Source of the DNA: Verrucomicrobiota bacterium
GTDB taxonomy: Bacteria > Verrucomicrobiota > Verrucomicrobiia > Limisphaerales > SXQI01
Direction of reading: 5' to 3'
Length of the DNA stretch: 64,000 nt
Assembly (NCBI GenBank): GCA_033762115.1
Contig: JANRLX010000071.1
Location: forward strand, 14,974 to 78,973
Shown: one piece after another, positions 44,476-52,613 of the stretch
How the letters are laid out: the number at the start of each line of letters is the position of its first letter
How positions within the stretch are numbered: the first letter of the stretch is position 1
Translations under genes and position numbers: made by a program
The notes under the pieces: generated by a model
What the model saw: only the letters and a program-made list of their open reading frames with translations
The model's database searches: none
Told to the model about the DNA's origin: nothing

Positions 44476-45105
44476 TCAAGCGCCCATGTTGTATGCCTTT
44501 TGCACAAAAGAGCGGATATCCGAAAATTCCGCTTCCCCAGCAATTGTATGCTCCTTGTTGTATTCCTTGTAGGTAAGCTGAATGCCTGCTTTTTTTAGAA
44601 GTTCATGCTGCGTTTTGACAGGTCCCGCTGGAATCAATGGGTCACGTGTCCCATGCGTTACCAATAGCCGCTGGTCCCGTGCCACAGGGGAGAGTTCGGC
44701 CAACAGCTTTTCCGGTTCATGTACCCAGCCGCTGATTCCTACCAGGCATGCAAGCGGGTGAGGATATCGCAACCCCACATCAATGGTCATAAGGCAGCCC
44801 TGGGAGAACCCCAGCAGCGAAATGTCGCTCGATTGATAGCCCTGCTCCACCAGATGGTTTATCAAACCGGTGACTTCAATCCTGCTTCGCTCAATCCCCG
44901 GAGAACGATCCCCATAAATATCAAACCAGGAGAACCCTCCATAATAGGGGTCCGGGGCGTTGACCAGTTGGTAATTCAACCAGGGAAGCCGAAGCATTAA
45001 AGGCAGTTCCCTGTACCCCTCCATACTGTCCCCCAATCCATGAAGAACCACCATGACCCGCCTCGAAGCTGATTCTTTGGCGGGAACAAATTCGCAATCG
45101 AGCAT
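44476..45105 (-). CDS. Phospholipase/carboxylesterase (alpha/beta hydrolase)
   Basis: LHGLGD, GFSQG, HGTRDPLI, C-terminal His. Confidence 0.9.
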   Translation of the reverse strand: MLDCEFVPAKESASRRVMVVLHGLGDSMEGYRELPLMLRLPWLNYQLVNAPDPYYGGFSWFDIYGDRSPGIERSRIEVTGLINHLVEQGYQSSDISLLGFSQGCLMTIDVGLRYPHPLACLVGISGWVHEPEKLLAELSPVARDQRLLVTHGTRDPLIPAGPVKTQHELLKKAGIQLTYKEYNKEHTIAGEAEFSDIRSFVQKAYNMGA

Positions 45106-45128
45106 GCTTCAGTTTGACTTAAATCACA

Positions 45129-45163
45129 AAAAAAGAAAGGCGGCCACCTCCTGACCGCCTTCC
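45129..45163 (-). terminator. Rho-independent terminator
   Basis: AAGGCGGTCA..TGGCCGCCTT hairpin plus T-run on minus strand. Confidence 0.7.
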
Positions 45164-45237
45164 AATGTTTTCTCCCCACTAAATCATTCTGATGCCTAAA
45201 GTCTGCGGCAGGTTAGCAATGATCCTTTGGAACGGAA

Positions 45238-45277
45238 TCAGGAGTCCACCTGAATTCCATATCAGGGTTTTCCCCTA
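45238..45277. promoter_or_regulatory. Paired 16-bp boxes with 8-nt spacer
   Basis: TCAGGAGTCCACCTGA-ATTCCATA-TCAGGGTTTTCCCCTA. Confidence 0.45.
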
Positions 45278-46327
45278 TTTTGTTGAATAGCTTTTGGAAT
45301 GGCCATTCGATGGAATGGATACCTCATACCTCTTCCCATCGGGGGCCACGGATAATTTGATGTAATTAGCTGAGCAATTCTTCTCCAGGTTCGCAATATG
45401 CTCCTCCACAGTATTATTGTGCTTGTCCTCACGAAGGTTCCTGTGGATTTGGTAAATGGCCTGGATGGAAGGGGTAGATTTCAAGGTGGCAAAGGTTTCA
45501 GGTCCACACCCTTTGCTCGTGCCGTTGCTCATGACCGCAACGGTTGGAGCCAGGTTTTTTACAAGAAGCGGATTATTGCTGGTATCCAATCCGTGGTGAT
45601 TCACCTGGTAAACATCCACTTTTCCCACCTGATTCTGAGGACAAACCAGGCTTTCTTCCACATTCCATGTCAGATCTCCCCCAATAAATAATTGAAAATC
45701 TCCAAAATGAATCAGCGAAACGATGCTGTTCGCGTTATCACTCATATCTTTTTCCTTTTTTCGGGCATCTGCACACGGCTCAGTTGCGTCCACTCCACCG
45801 GTAGCCGCTTTTGAAATTTTTTGTTTCGCTGCAATACACTCAAATTTAAGGGGCGCGCCTTTCTCTGATTGCTTTAATGGCACGGCATCCCCGGCTTGGA
45901 GCACATTTCGTTTTTCGGCTTTAAATTCACGATACGGTTTGATCGTAAGGAGAAAAGTTCGGTCATTGGGATTGTTATCCGGATTCTGGTCCGGAATCCC
46001 ATTATCCCACACATTCCCAATTGGAATCATTTGCGCCAGTTCCGCAGCCCCGCCGAAATGATCGATGTGAAAATGCGTCGTGACCAGGTGGTCGATCTTT
46101 TTAAGCTTTGCCGTTTCAGTCGCCACTTTGTGAATGCGGCCAGGGTCTCTCCCGCCCGGCATTCCGGTATCAATCAGAATTGATTCACCAGCCGGGGTAA
46201 CAATCAATGTTCCGGCACCTCCTTCAACATCAACCCAATAAACATCCAGCCTGCCATCAGCGGCATCAGCCAGGGTTGTGAACGGAATCAGCAGAACGGT
46301 CCCCAATAAAACAGAGAGCTTTTTCAT
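45275..46327 (-). CDS. Secreted MBL-fold metallohydrolase (ComEC/Rec2-like)
   Basis: Signal peptide; [16 protein letters not shown]. Confidence 0.88.
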   Translation of the reverse strand: MKKLSVLLGTVLLIPFTTLADAADGRLDVYWVDVEGGAGTLIVTPAGESILIDTGMPGGRDPGRIHKVATETAKLKKIDHLVTTHFHIDHFGGAAELAQMIPIGNVWDNGIPDQNPDNNPNDRTFLLTIKPYREFKAEKRNVLQAGDAVPLKQSEKGAPLKFECIAAKQKISKAATGGVDATEPCADARKKEKDMSDNANSIVSLIHFGDFQLFIGGDLTWNVEESLVCPQNQVGKVDVYQVNHHGLDTSNNPLLVKNLAPTVAVMSNGTSKGCGPETFATLKSTPSIQAIYQIHRNLREDKHNNTVEEHIANLEKNCSANYIKLSVAPDGKRYEVSIPSNGHSKSYSTK

Positions 46328-46538
46328 ATTTCGATATCTGTTGTGTGATTCAGGAACCTACAAACTTATTTATTCGGGATACAGCCGATTCTTCCACCCT
46401 GAAGAAGAGTGAAACGCTGGTTGAATCTCAACAAGGTTCAGTTATCCTTTACTTTATTGCGATGCTTCCCGGTTCTCTTGAGGAGGTTGGACCGCGAGGC
46501 GCGGTCAAGCCGGAGAAGCTCCCAAAACGAAAGATCAA

Positions 46539-47213
46539 ATGAAATTACCGGCAATTGCCGCACTGACACTCGGGCTCACGTTTACCGCGGCGGCCCAAAC
46601 TGATAAGGCCACATTGAAAACCGACCAGGAAAAAGCAGCTTACAGCATTGGATTCAGGATCGGTTCGCAAATGAAAAGCCAGGGAGTTGAGATTAGCCAG
46701 GAAAGCCTGGCATCAGGAATCAAGGACGCATTGGGCGGCAATCCCCCGGCTTTGTCGGATTCCGAAATGGAACAGGCAATCATGGGAATGCAAAAAACCA
46801 TGATGGCAAAGATGGAAGCCAAAGGTGCCGAAGCCAAGAAGGCAGGAGAAGCATTCCTCGCTGAAAACAAAAAAAAGGAAGGGATCAAAACCACCGCCAG
46901 CGGTCTCCAATATAAAGTGATCAAGGAAGGCACCGGCCCAAAACCGACAGCCGAGGACACCGTCTCAACCCATTACAAAGGAACCTTGGTCGATGGCAAG
47001 GAATTCGACAGTTCCAAGGGTGAACCCGTCACCTTCCCTGTCAAGGGAGTCATTCCCGGCTGGACCGAAGCACTTCAATTGATGCCGGTCGGTTCGAAGT
47101 GGCAGCTTTTCATTCCTTCCGATCTCGCTTACGGAGAACGTGGAGCAGGCGGGGCCATTCCTCCCAATTCAACCCTGATCTTTGATATCGAATTGGTTGA
47201 AATTAAGAAGTAA
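46539..47213 (+). CDS. FKBP-type peptidyl-prolyl isomerase (FkpA/Mip-like)
   Basis: Signal peptide, SGLQYKV, HYKGTL..FDSS, VIPGWTEAL, AYG..IPPNSTLIF. Confidence 0.95.
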   Translation: MKLPAIAALTLGLTFTAAAQTDKATLKTDQEKAAYSIGFRIGSQMKSQGVEISQESLASGIKDALGGNPPALSDSEMEQAIMGMQKTMMAKMEAKGAEAKKAGEAFLAENKKKEGIKTTASGLQYKVIKEGTGPKPTAEDTVSTHYKGTLVDGKEFDSSKGEPVTFPVKGVIPGWTEALQLMPVGSKWQLFIPSDLAYGERGAGGAIPPNSTLIFDIELVEIKK

Positions 47214-47223
47214 GTTTTTACGC

Positions 47224-47265
47224 AAACTGTTGTGGGTACAATCTGCTCACAACAGTTTTTTCTTT
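47224..47265 (+). terminator. Terminator after FKBP gene
   Basis: AAACTGTTGTG..CACAACAGTTT hairpin plus T-run. Confidence 0.75.
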
Positions 47266-47614
47266 CAGGTTTTCCCTGAGATTGATTTACACCCCTCTCT
47301 CGATAGACAATCCAACTCGATCTGTAATCCTCATCTTCTCATGCGAGCAAGCCTAGGGTTCGCTGGGAGATGAGGGCGGTCTTTGGTGGGAAAACGCGTA
47401 CCGCCTTCATCTTTTAATTTGAATCACCAACCGAAACCCAAACAACAAGCGCCAGTTGCCCAAAACAACTGGCGCTTCCTCTTGAAGCAGCGGGGAGGCT
47501 GAATTCTCCACTCTTCTTGAGAAACCCTGATCCTTCCGTCCCCACCAACCGTCGATCAACCATTTGAGCTTCTCCTTCCCTCTCCTGTTCAATAAAATTC
47601 AATCACTCGACTCA

Positions 47615-47643
47615 TTGACTTGGCAGCGTGAGGCTTGTACCGT
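47615..47643 (+). promoter_or_regulatory. Possible sigma70 promoter
   Basis: TTGACT-17nt-TACCGT, 21 nt before ATG 47665. Confidence 0.35.
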
Positions 47644-47664
47644 CCCCTTTTAATTTTTGGCGAA

Positions 47665-48393
47665 ATGCTCAACGTGATCGAAAATCTCCTCATTCTTCAA
47701 GACCGTGACCGTAAACTCATGCGGATTGAAGCGGAAATAGCCAGCATTGAACCGCAGCGGCACTCGGTTCAATCCCGCGCTCGCGAATCCCAGGCCCTGC
47801 TGGATCAGGCCAAAAACAAAGTCAAACAGATCGAGTCTGACCGCAAAAAACTGGAACTCGACGCCGAAGCCAAAAAGGCCCAAATCGACAAATACGCTTC
47901 CCAGCAGCTTCTGACAAAGAAGAATGATGAATACCGGGCCCTCGCCTCCGAAATCGAACATTGCCGGGAACAAATTCGCGCCCTTGAAGATCAGCAATTG
48001 GAACTCATGGAAAAGGCTGAAACCGCCCAAAAAGAACTTCAGGCCGTCTCACAACAGGTTGCAACAGCCCAGAAAGATGTGGATTCCCAGGTCGCCGCTC
48101 TCGCCAACCGTGAAATCGCCCTCAAAAAACAGTTGGCCGACCTCAAAACTGATTACGATAAACTCGAAGGCGCTGTTGAGGAATCAGTCCGCTCCCGTTA
48201 CGAACGCCTCCGCAAAGTCAAAGGTGGCAACACTGTGGTCGGGATTGAACATTCCGTTTGTGGCGGTTGCCATATGAAATTGCCTACCCAGATCATTCGT
48301 TCCTGTCAGGGGCAGCAGGAAATTGTTTCATGCCCAAACTGTGGGCGCATCCTTTACTACTCCCGCGAGATGGATCTTGCAGCAGCTGACTAA
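47665..48393 (+). CDS. Coiled-coil C4 zinc-ribbon protein (DUF164/CT398-like)
   Basis: Long coiled coil, CGGCHM..CPNCGRILY. Confidence 0.9.
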   Translation: MLNVIENLLILQDRDRKLMRIEAEIASIEPQRHSVQSRARESQALLDQAKNKVKQIESDRKKLELDAEAKKAQIDKYASQQLLTKKNDEYRALASEIEHCREQIRALEDQQLELMEKAETAQKELQAVSQQVATAQKDVDSQVAALANREIALKKQLADLKTDYDKLEGAVEESVRSRYERLRKVKGGNTVVGIEHSVCGGCHMKLPTQIIRSCQGQQEIVSCPNCGRILYYSREMDLAAAD

Positions 48394-48401
48394 TTATTCC
48401 C

Positions 48402-49538
48402 ATGCAGATGCCCCCCAGTCCTGTTCCCATTGCGATTGATGATGAAATCAACGCGCGCATCCTTTCCGTTTCCGAAGACAAAATTCACGGTTTTCAGCGC
48501 AACCCCCTTGCTTTCGTTGCCACGGAAACAGGCATTCCGCTCGCCACCGTCATTGAACGCATCCAGGCCATGCTCAAGGCGGGCACCATTCGTCGTGTTC
48601 GCCAGACCCTTATGGCCACCAACCTCGCCCCGGGCGCACTGGTTGCCTGGCAGGTCTCCACGGACAAGCTGGATGCAGGCTTCGATTACCTCTTTCACAA
48701 AGACCCCTTTTCAGGTCATGTCGTCGTGCGCTCCGCCGACCCTGCATCTCCCGGTTCAAACTACAAATTGTGGACCACTCTAAAAGTTCCGCAGGGCTAT
48801 TCCATGGAGAAACATGCCGAATTTCTCCGGGCCAAAATTGGCGCGGAACATTTCAGGCTCATGCCGGCCAAACGCCTTTTCGCCCTCGGAGTTGGCCATG
48901 TACGCCGCCGCGGGATGCCCATTGGCAGCCGCTCTGACGAACCTGCCGAGGTCGTGGATGTGAACGTTGTCACACTCAATGAATTGGAGTGGCGCGTTCT
49001 GGTTGCCCTGAAACGGGAGTTCGAGCCGGAGGAACTGGGCGAACACCTCTGGATTGCCCGCGCCAGGGAGGCGGATGTCCCTCTGGCCACATTCTATGAA
49101 GTCGCCGAAGACTTGAACCGCCGCGCTGTGATCGGCCGCTTCTCAACCTTTCTCGAACATGTCAAACCATTGGCTGACGGCCAGCGAGTCACACGATTCA
49201 ATGCCCTCTTTCATTGGGCTGTTCCCGCTGGAAAAGAAATTGAAGCGGGCCGGGAAGTGGGTCGCCACCATATTTTAACTCATGCCTACTGGCGGGAAGG
49301 CGGCCCCGAATTCCGCAACGTCAATATCATGGCTGTTGCCCACGGAACTGACAAGGAAGTGGTCCTTGCCCACAAAAAAGCCATTGACCAGCACCTTGCT
49401 GAAGCCGCAATCCCCGTCAGCTATACCAATGTATTCTGGGGTGGCCGCAGCGAAATCAAGCCCAGCGAAATCTCCCCATTCGCTTACCGTGACTGGTGCT
49501 TATCCGTCGGGCTTGACCCCGCTTCAATGCGCGGTTGA
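48402..49538 (+). CDS. Duplicated Lrp/AsnC-fold protein (AhbA/B, NirDL-like fusion)
   Basis: Two HTH + RAM halves (GTIRRV..ALVAW; VIGRFS..NALFHW..THAYWR..MAVAHG). Confidence 0.65.
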   Translation: MQMPPSPVPIAIDDEINARILSVSEDKIHGFQRNPLAFVATETGIPLATVIERIQAMLKAGTIRRVRQTLMATNLAPGALVAWQVSTDKLDAGFDYLFHKDPFSGHVVVRSADPASPGSNYKLWTTLKVPQGYSMEKHAEFLRAKIGAEHFRLMPAKRLFALGVGHVRRRGMPIGSRSDEPAEVVDVNVVTLNELEWRVLVALKREFEPEELGEHLWIARAREADVPLATFYEVAEDLNRRAVIGRFSTFLEHVKPLADGQRVTRFNALFHWAVPAGKEIEAGREVGRHHILTHAYWREGGPEFRNVNIMAVAHGTDKEVVLAHKKAIDQHLAEAAIPVSYTNVFWGGRSEIKPSEISPFAYRDWCLSVGLDPASMRG

Positions 49539-49541
49539 TTG

Positions 49542-50168
49542 CTAGCGCAGGGAATTGGGAATTGGATTCTGATTGATCGGTTTGGTTTCCGGTTCGATCG
49601 GGCGGCCAATGACCTGATCAGTAGGTTTTTCCAGGACCTCCATCTTCTTCTCCTGGTTCATCGTGGCAAGTTCTGAGATCACTTCCTGGCTGATCCCCTG
49701 CTCCCTCAAATATTTGTTTTGCTCCTCGGTCAATTGAAAAACCTGACCCGTCGCCCGAAGCCGTTGCAACATCACCTCATCGGTCAATCCTGCCTTTTCC
49801 ATCGCCACAACTTCATCCAACGTCACAAAACCATCGCTGTTCAAATCCGCTGTTGTGGCATTATTCACATCCTGGGTGGTTGCGGGCGCTTCCTGCGATT
49901 TCCGGTTTGCTGCCTGCACCTCTTCCTTGTCCCGTCCAAGCAGTTTGTCGCTGTTGCTTCCGATCACATAACCTCCCGCAGCGCCGACCGCCCCGCCAAT
50001 GACCGCCCCCAGCGCCCGGTTCTTTGTCACTGCCGCTCCCACCGCAGCTCCAGTGGCACCCCCGATCACAGCCCCCTGCTGTTTGTCACTCCCGGGAAGA
50101 TTGCTGCAACCTGTGAGGGCCAGTCCCAGGACCACAACAAGCCCGTTTTGCCCAAATTTCTTCTTCAT
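49542..50168 (-). CDS. Glycine-zipper lipoprotein with EF-hand-like loop
   Basis: Lipobox LTGC, GAVIGGA repeats, DLNSDGFVTLDE. Confidence 0.85.
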   Translation of the reverse strand: MKKKFGQNGLVVVLGLALTGCSNLPGSDKQQGAVIGGATGAAVGAAVTKNRALGAVIGGAVGAAGGYVIGSNSDKLLGRDKEEVQAANRKSQEAPATTQDVNNATTADLNSDGFVTLDEVVAMEKAGLTDEVMLQRLRATGQVFQLTEEQNKYLREQGISQEVISELATMNQEKKMEVLEKPTDQVIGRPIEPETKPINQNPIPNSLR

Positions 50169-50328
50169 AAATTTTTCTCCTTCTCCTCAGGAATAAACTC
50201 GGTTGAGGGAAAAATTTGTCAACCCGCCTACTCTGCGGGTCAGAAATTCTAAAACATTATCTGCAAAAACAGCTTGCAACATCCCGAAACATTGATACCT
50301 TCTCGGACTCTTTTGCAGGAAGAATTTT

Positions 50329-50595
50329 ATGGCACGTATTTGTGAATTGACCGGCACAGGCCCCATCAAGGGGTCACATATCTGGCGTAGTGGTAAAGCG
50401 AAGAAAAAGGGTGGTATCGGAACGCACGTTACAGCCATCACCAAACGCCGCTTCATGCCAAACCTCCAACGCGTTAAAGCTGTGGTGGATGGAGAAGTCC
50501 GCTATGTCCGTGTGACAGCCAAAGCCATTAAAAAAGGCCTTGTCACCAAAGCGCCGCGGCGCACCTGGAAAAAGCCGGCCACAAAAGCAGCTTAA
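50329..50595 (+). CDS. rpmB: 50S ribosomal protein L28
   Basis: MARICELTG..GKAKKKGGIG..KRRFMPNLQ. Confidence 0.96.
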   Translation: MARICELTGTGPIKGSHIWRSGKAKKKGGIGTHVTAITKRRFMPNLQRVKAVVDGEVRYVRVTAKAIKKGLVTKAPRRTWKKPATKAA

Positions 50596-50617
50596 TTCAT
50601 TTCCTTGATTTTCGATA

Positions 50618-50650
50618 AAGGATGGCCCTCAGCCATCCTTTTTTCTTTTT
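50618..50650 (+). terminator. rpmB terminator
   Basis: AAGGATGGC-CCTCA-GCCATCCTT plus T-run. Confidence 0.85.
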
Positions 50651-50789
50651 TAACTCCCCATTCTCCAGGAACGTTCATCCCTCTCCAATTTGCCCGCCCG
50701 AAACAATGTCATTGAATTTTTACAGAGCCGCCCTTGAAAAGCCGCACTGTCGTTATACTTTAAGCGCTCAGTAAAAAACCACCCCTCAA

Positions 50790-51035
50790 ATGGCAAAGAA
50801 AGTTTTAATCAAAAACTGCAAAACTGGCGAATTCCTTAAAAACGTCGGCTGCTGGATTCTTGATCCGCATGGTGCCATGAATTTCGTCTCCACCCTCGCT
50901 GCAGTCGAGTTCATCACACGCCATCACATTCCTGACGCTGAACTCCTCATTGATTTTGGATCTCGCCTCCCGGTCGAATCCCTCCCACTGGGGGAGAACT
51001 GTCGAGAAATTGCCCCTTCCAGCAAGGCGGCCTGA
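50790..51035 (+). CDS. Small hypothetical protein
   Basis: 81-aa ORF filling the gap; VLI...TG.F....W......A..F pattern. Confidence 0.6.
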   Translation: MAKKVLIKNCKTGEFLKNVGCWILDPHGAMNFVSTLAAVEFITRHHIPDAELLIDFGSRLPVESLPLGENCREIAPSSKAA

Positions 51036-51055
51036 CCATTGACCTTTCCTTAAAC

Positions 51056-51087
51056 AAAAAGGGCGACTGAAGATTGCAGTCGCCCTT
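51056..51087 (-). terminator. Terminator between convergent genes (ahpC side)
   Basis: AAGGGCGACTG..CAGTCGCCCTT hairpin with A-run on the left. Confidence 0.8.
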
Positions 51088-51106
51088 GCCAAAACATGTG
51101 CGAAGC

Positions 51107-51712
51107 TTATTGCATTGCTTCGAATACTTTGCCCACCATCTTGCTTGAAGGGCGCAATGTCTTTCCACCTTTCGTCCATTTTGCCGGGCACGCTTCATCC
51201 GGGTGAGACATCAGGTAAACATTCGCTTCAAGTTTTCGCACCAGTTCATCCGCATTACGCCCGACGTTGAAATAATTAATTTCTGTGGAAATCAAAACTC
51301 CCTCAGGGTTGATGATAAAAGTCCCTCTCAGGGCAAGGCCGGAGTTAATATCATAAACGCCAAACAACTGGCTCAGCGCGCGCGTTGGATCCGCAGCCAT
51401 TAAATACCTCACATTCGCCAGCAGCTTCTCACTGTCGCGCCATGCCATATGCGCATATTTGGTGTCCGTGGAAACCGAAATCACCTCAGCCCCCAGGGCT
51501 TTCAAGGCGTCATACTGCTCTCCCAGGTCCGCCAGTTCGGTGGGACAAACGAATGTAAAATCCGCCGGATAAAAAACCAGGATCGTCCACTTTTTGGCCT
51601 GCTTAAGCTGGTTTAAAGAAATCGTGCTGAATTCTCGTTCAGCGGGGTTGTACACCTCCACCTCAAAGTTGGGTACTTCACGCCCAATACTCACCGTTTT
51701 GATATCACTCAT
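51107..51712 (-). CDS. ahpC: Typical 2-Cys peroxiredoxin
   Basis: FYPADFTFVCPTE, EACPAKW. Confidence 0.92.
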   Translation of the reverse strand: MSDIKTVSIGREVPNFEVEVYNPAEREFSTISLNQLKQAKKWTILVFYPADFTFVCPTELADLGEQYDALKALGAEVISVSTDTKYAHMAWRDSEKLLANVRYLMAADPTRALSQLFGVYDINSGLALRGTFIINPEGVLISTEINYFNVGRNADELVRKLEANVYLMSHPDEACPAKWTKGGKTLRPSSKMVGKVFEAMQ

Positions 51713-51806
51713 ACTTCACATCTCATCAAAGGGGCTTGCTCCCCTTATGGCCCGCATACAATGCGAGTTTAGCCTCAAATGTCAACGGAGAGCGCCATCT
51801 TTTTCT

Positions 51807-52604
51807 TCATACAGCAAGTGAACGGCGCAATTTCCCGTTATTTGCAATCAGCCGATAACTGTGCGGTTCCCCTTTCGGAAGAAGTTCATGCCAGAAATCT
51901 CCCCCCGCTGACTCCAGGATCAGGCCGCCCGCTGCAATGTCCCATAACCGCAATCCTCCCTCCACATATCCGTCGAACCGCCCGCACGCCACATAAACAA
52001 TCGCCAGCGCCGCAGCTCCCATGATCCGGATTTTCCGCACTCTATGCACCAGGGCGTTAAATCGCGGCAGCATCTGTTGAAGGCTTGCTTCGGTTTTGGC
52101 AAACCCGATTGAAATAATCGCCTCCTCCAGCTGTTTTCGTGAACTCACCCTGATCCTTCGGCCATTCAACCGTGCTGGTTTTCCGGCGATTGCCGTGAAC
52201 ATTTCGTCCGCAAATGGATCATAAACGACTCCGGCCACCGTCTCGTAACCATACCGCGCCTTCGAATTTTTTATCTGCAATGCAATCGAGACGCAGGCGT
52301 GCGGAATTCCATAGGTAAAATTCACCGTCCCATCAATCGGATCCACCACCCAGCGGGCCTCCACATTCTCATCCCCCGCATTTCCTTCCTCCCCAAGAAT
52401 GCTGATTTCCGGAAATTGTTTCCGCAATTTCCTTTCAATCAATTTCTGGCAGCGAACATCCAGTTCCAGCTTGATATCATGCTGGTACGCTTCGTTGATC
52501 CGCTTCGGGCGGTTTAAATGTTTGCGCATCAGTGCGCCCGCCTCGCTGGCGGCAGCCACCGCCGCCTTCAGCGCGAGGATTTTGGAAACTGCTTTTTTCT
52601 TCAT
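51807..52604 (-). CDS. suhB: Inositol monophosphatase family
   Basis: GEE, WVVDPIDGTVNF, WDIAAG. Confidence 0.88.
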   Translation of the reverse strand: MKKKAVSKILALKAAVAAASEAGALMRKHLNRPKRINEAYQHDIKLELDVRCQKLIERKLRKQFPEISILGEEGNAGDENVEARWVVDPIDGTVNFTYGIPHACVSIALQIKNSKARYGYETVAGVVYDPFADEMFTAIAGKPARLNGRRIRVSSRKQLEEAIISIGFAKTEASLQQMLPRFNALVHRVRKIRIMGAAALAIVYVACGRFDGYVEGGLRLWDIAAGGLILESAGGDFWHELLPKGEPHSYRLIANNGKLRRSLAV

Positions 52605-52613
52605 TCAGGATCG

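Noticed and set aside
47200..47228. TTACGCAAACT as XerD arm of a dif site
   Set aside because: No XerC-like left arm at 6-bp spacing; overlaps the terminator stem
47350..47411. CTAGGGTTC resembling ykkC/guanidine-I riboswitch start
   Set aside because: Conserved 3' GGGA.AAAAGCCCGGG block absent
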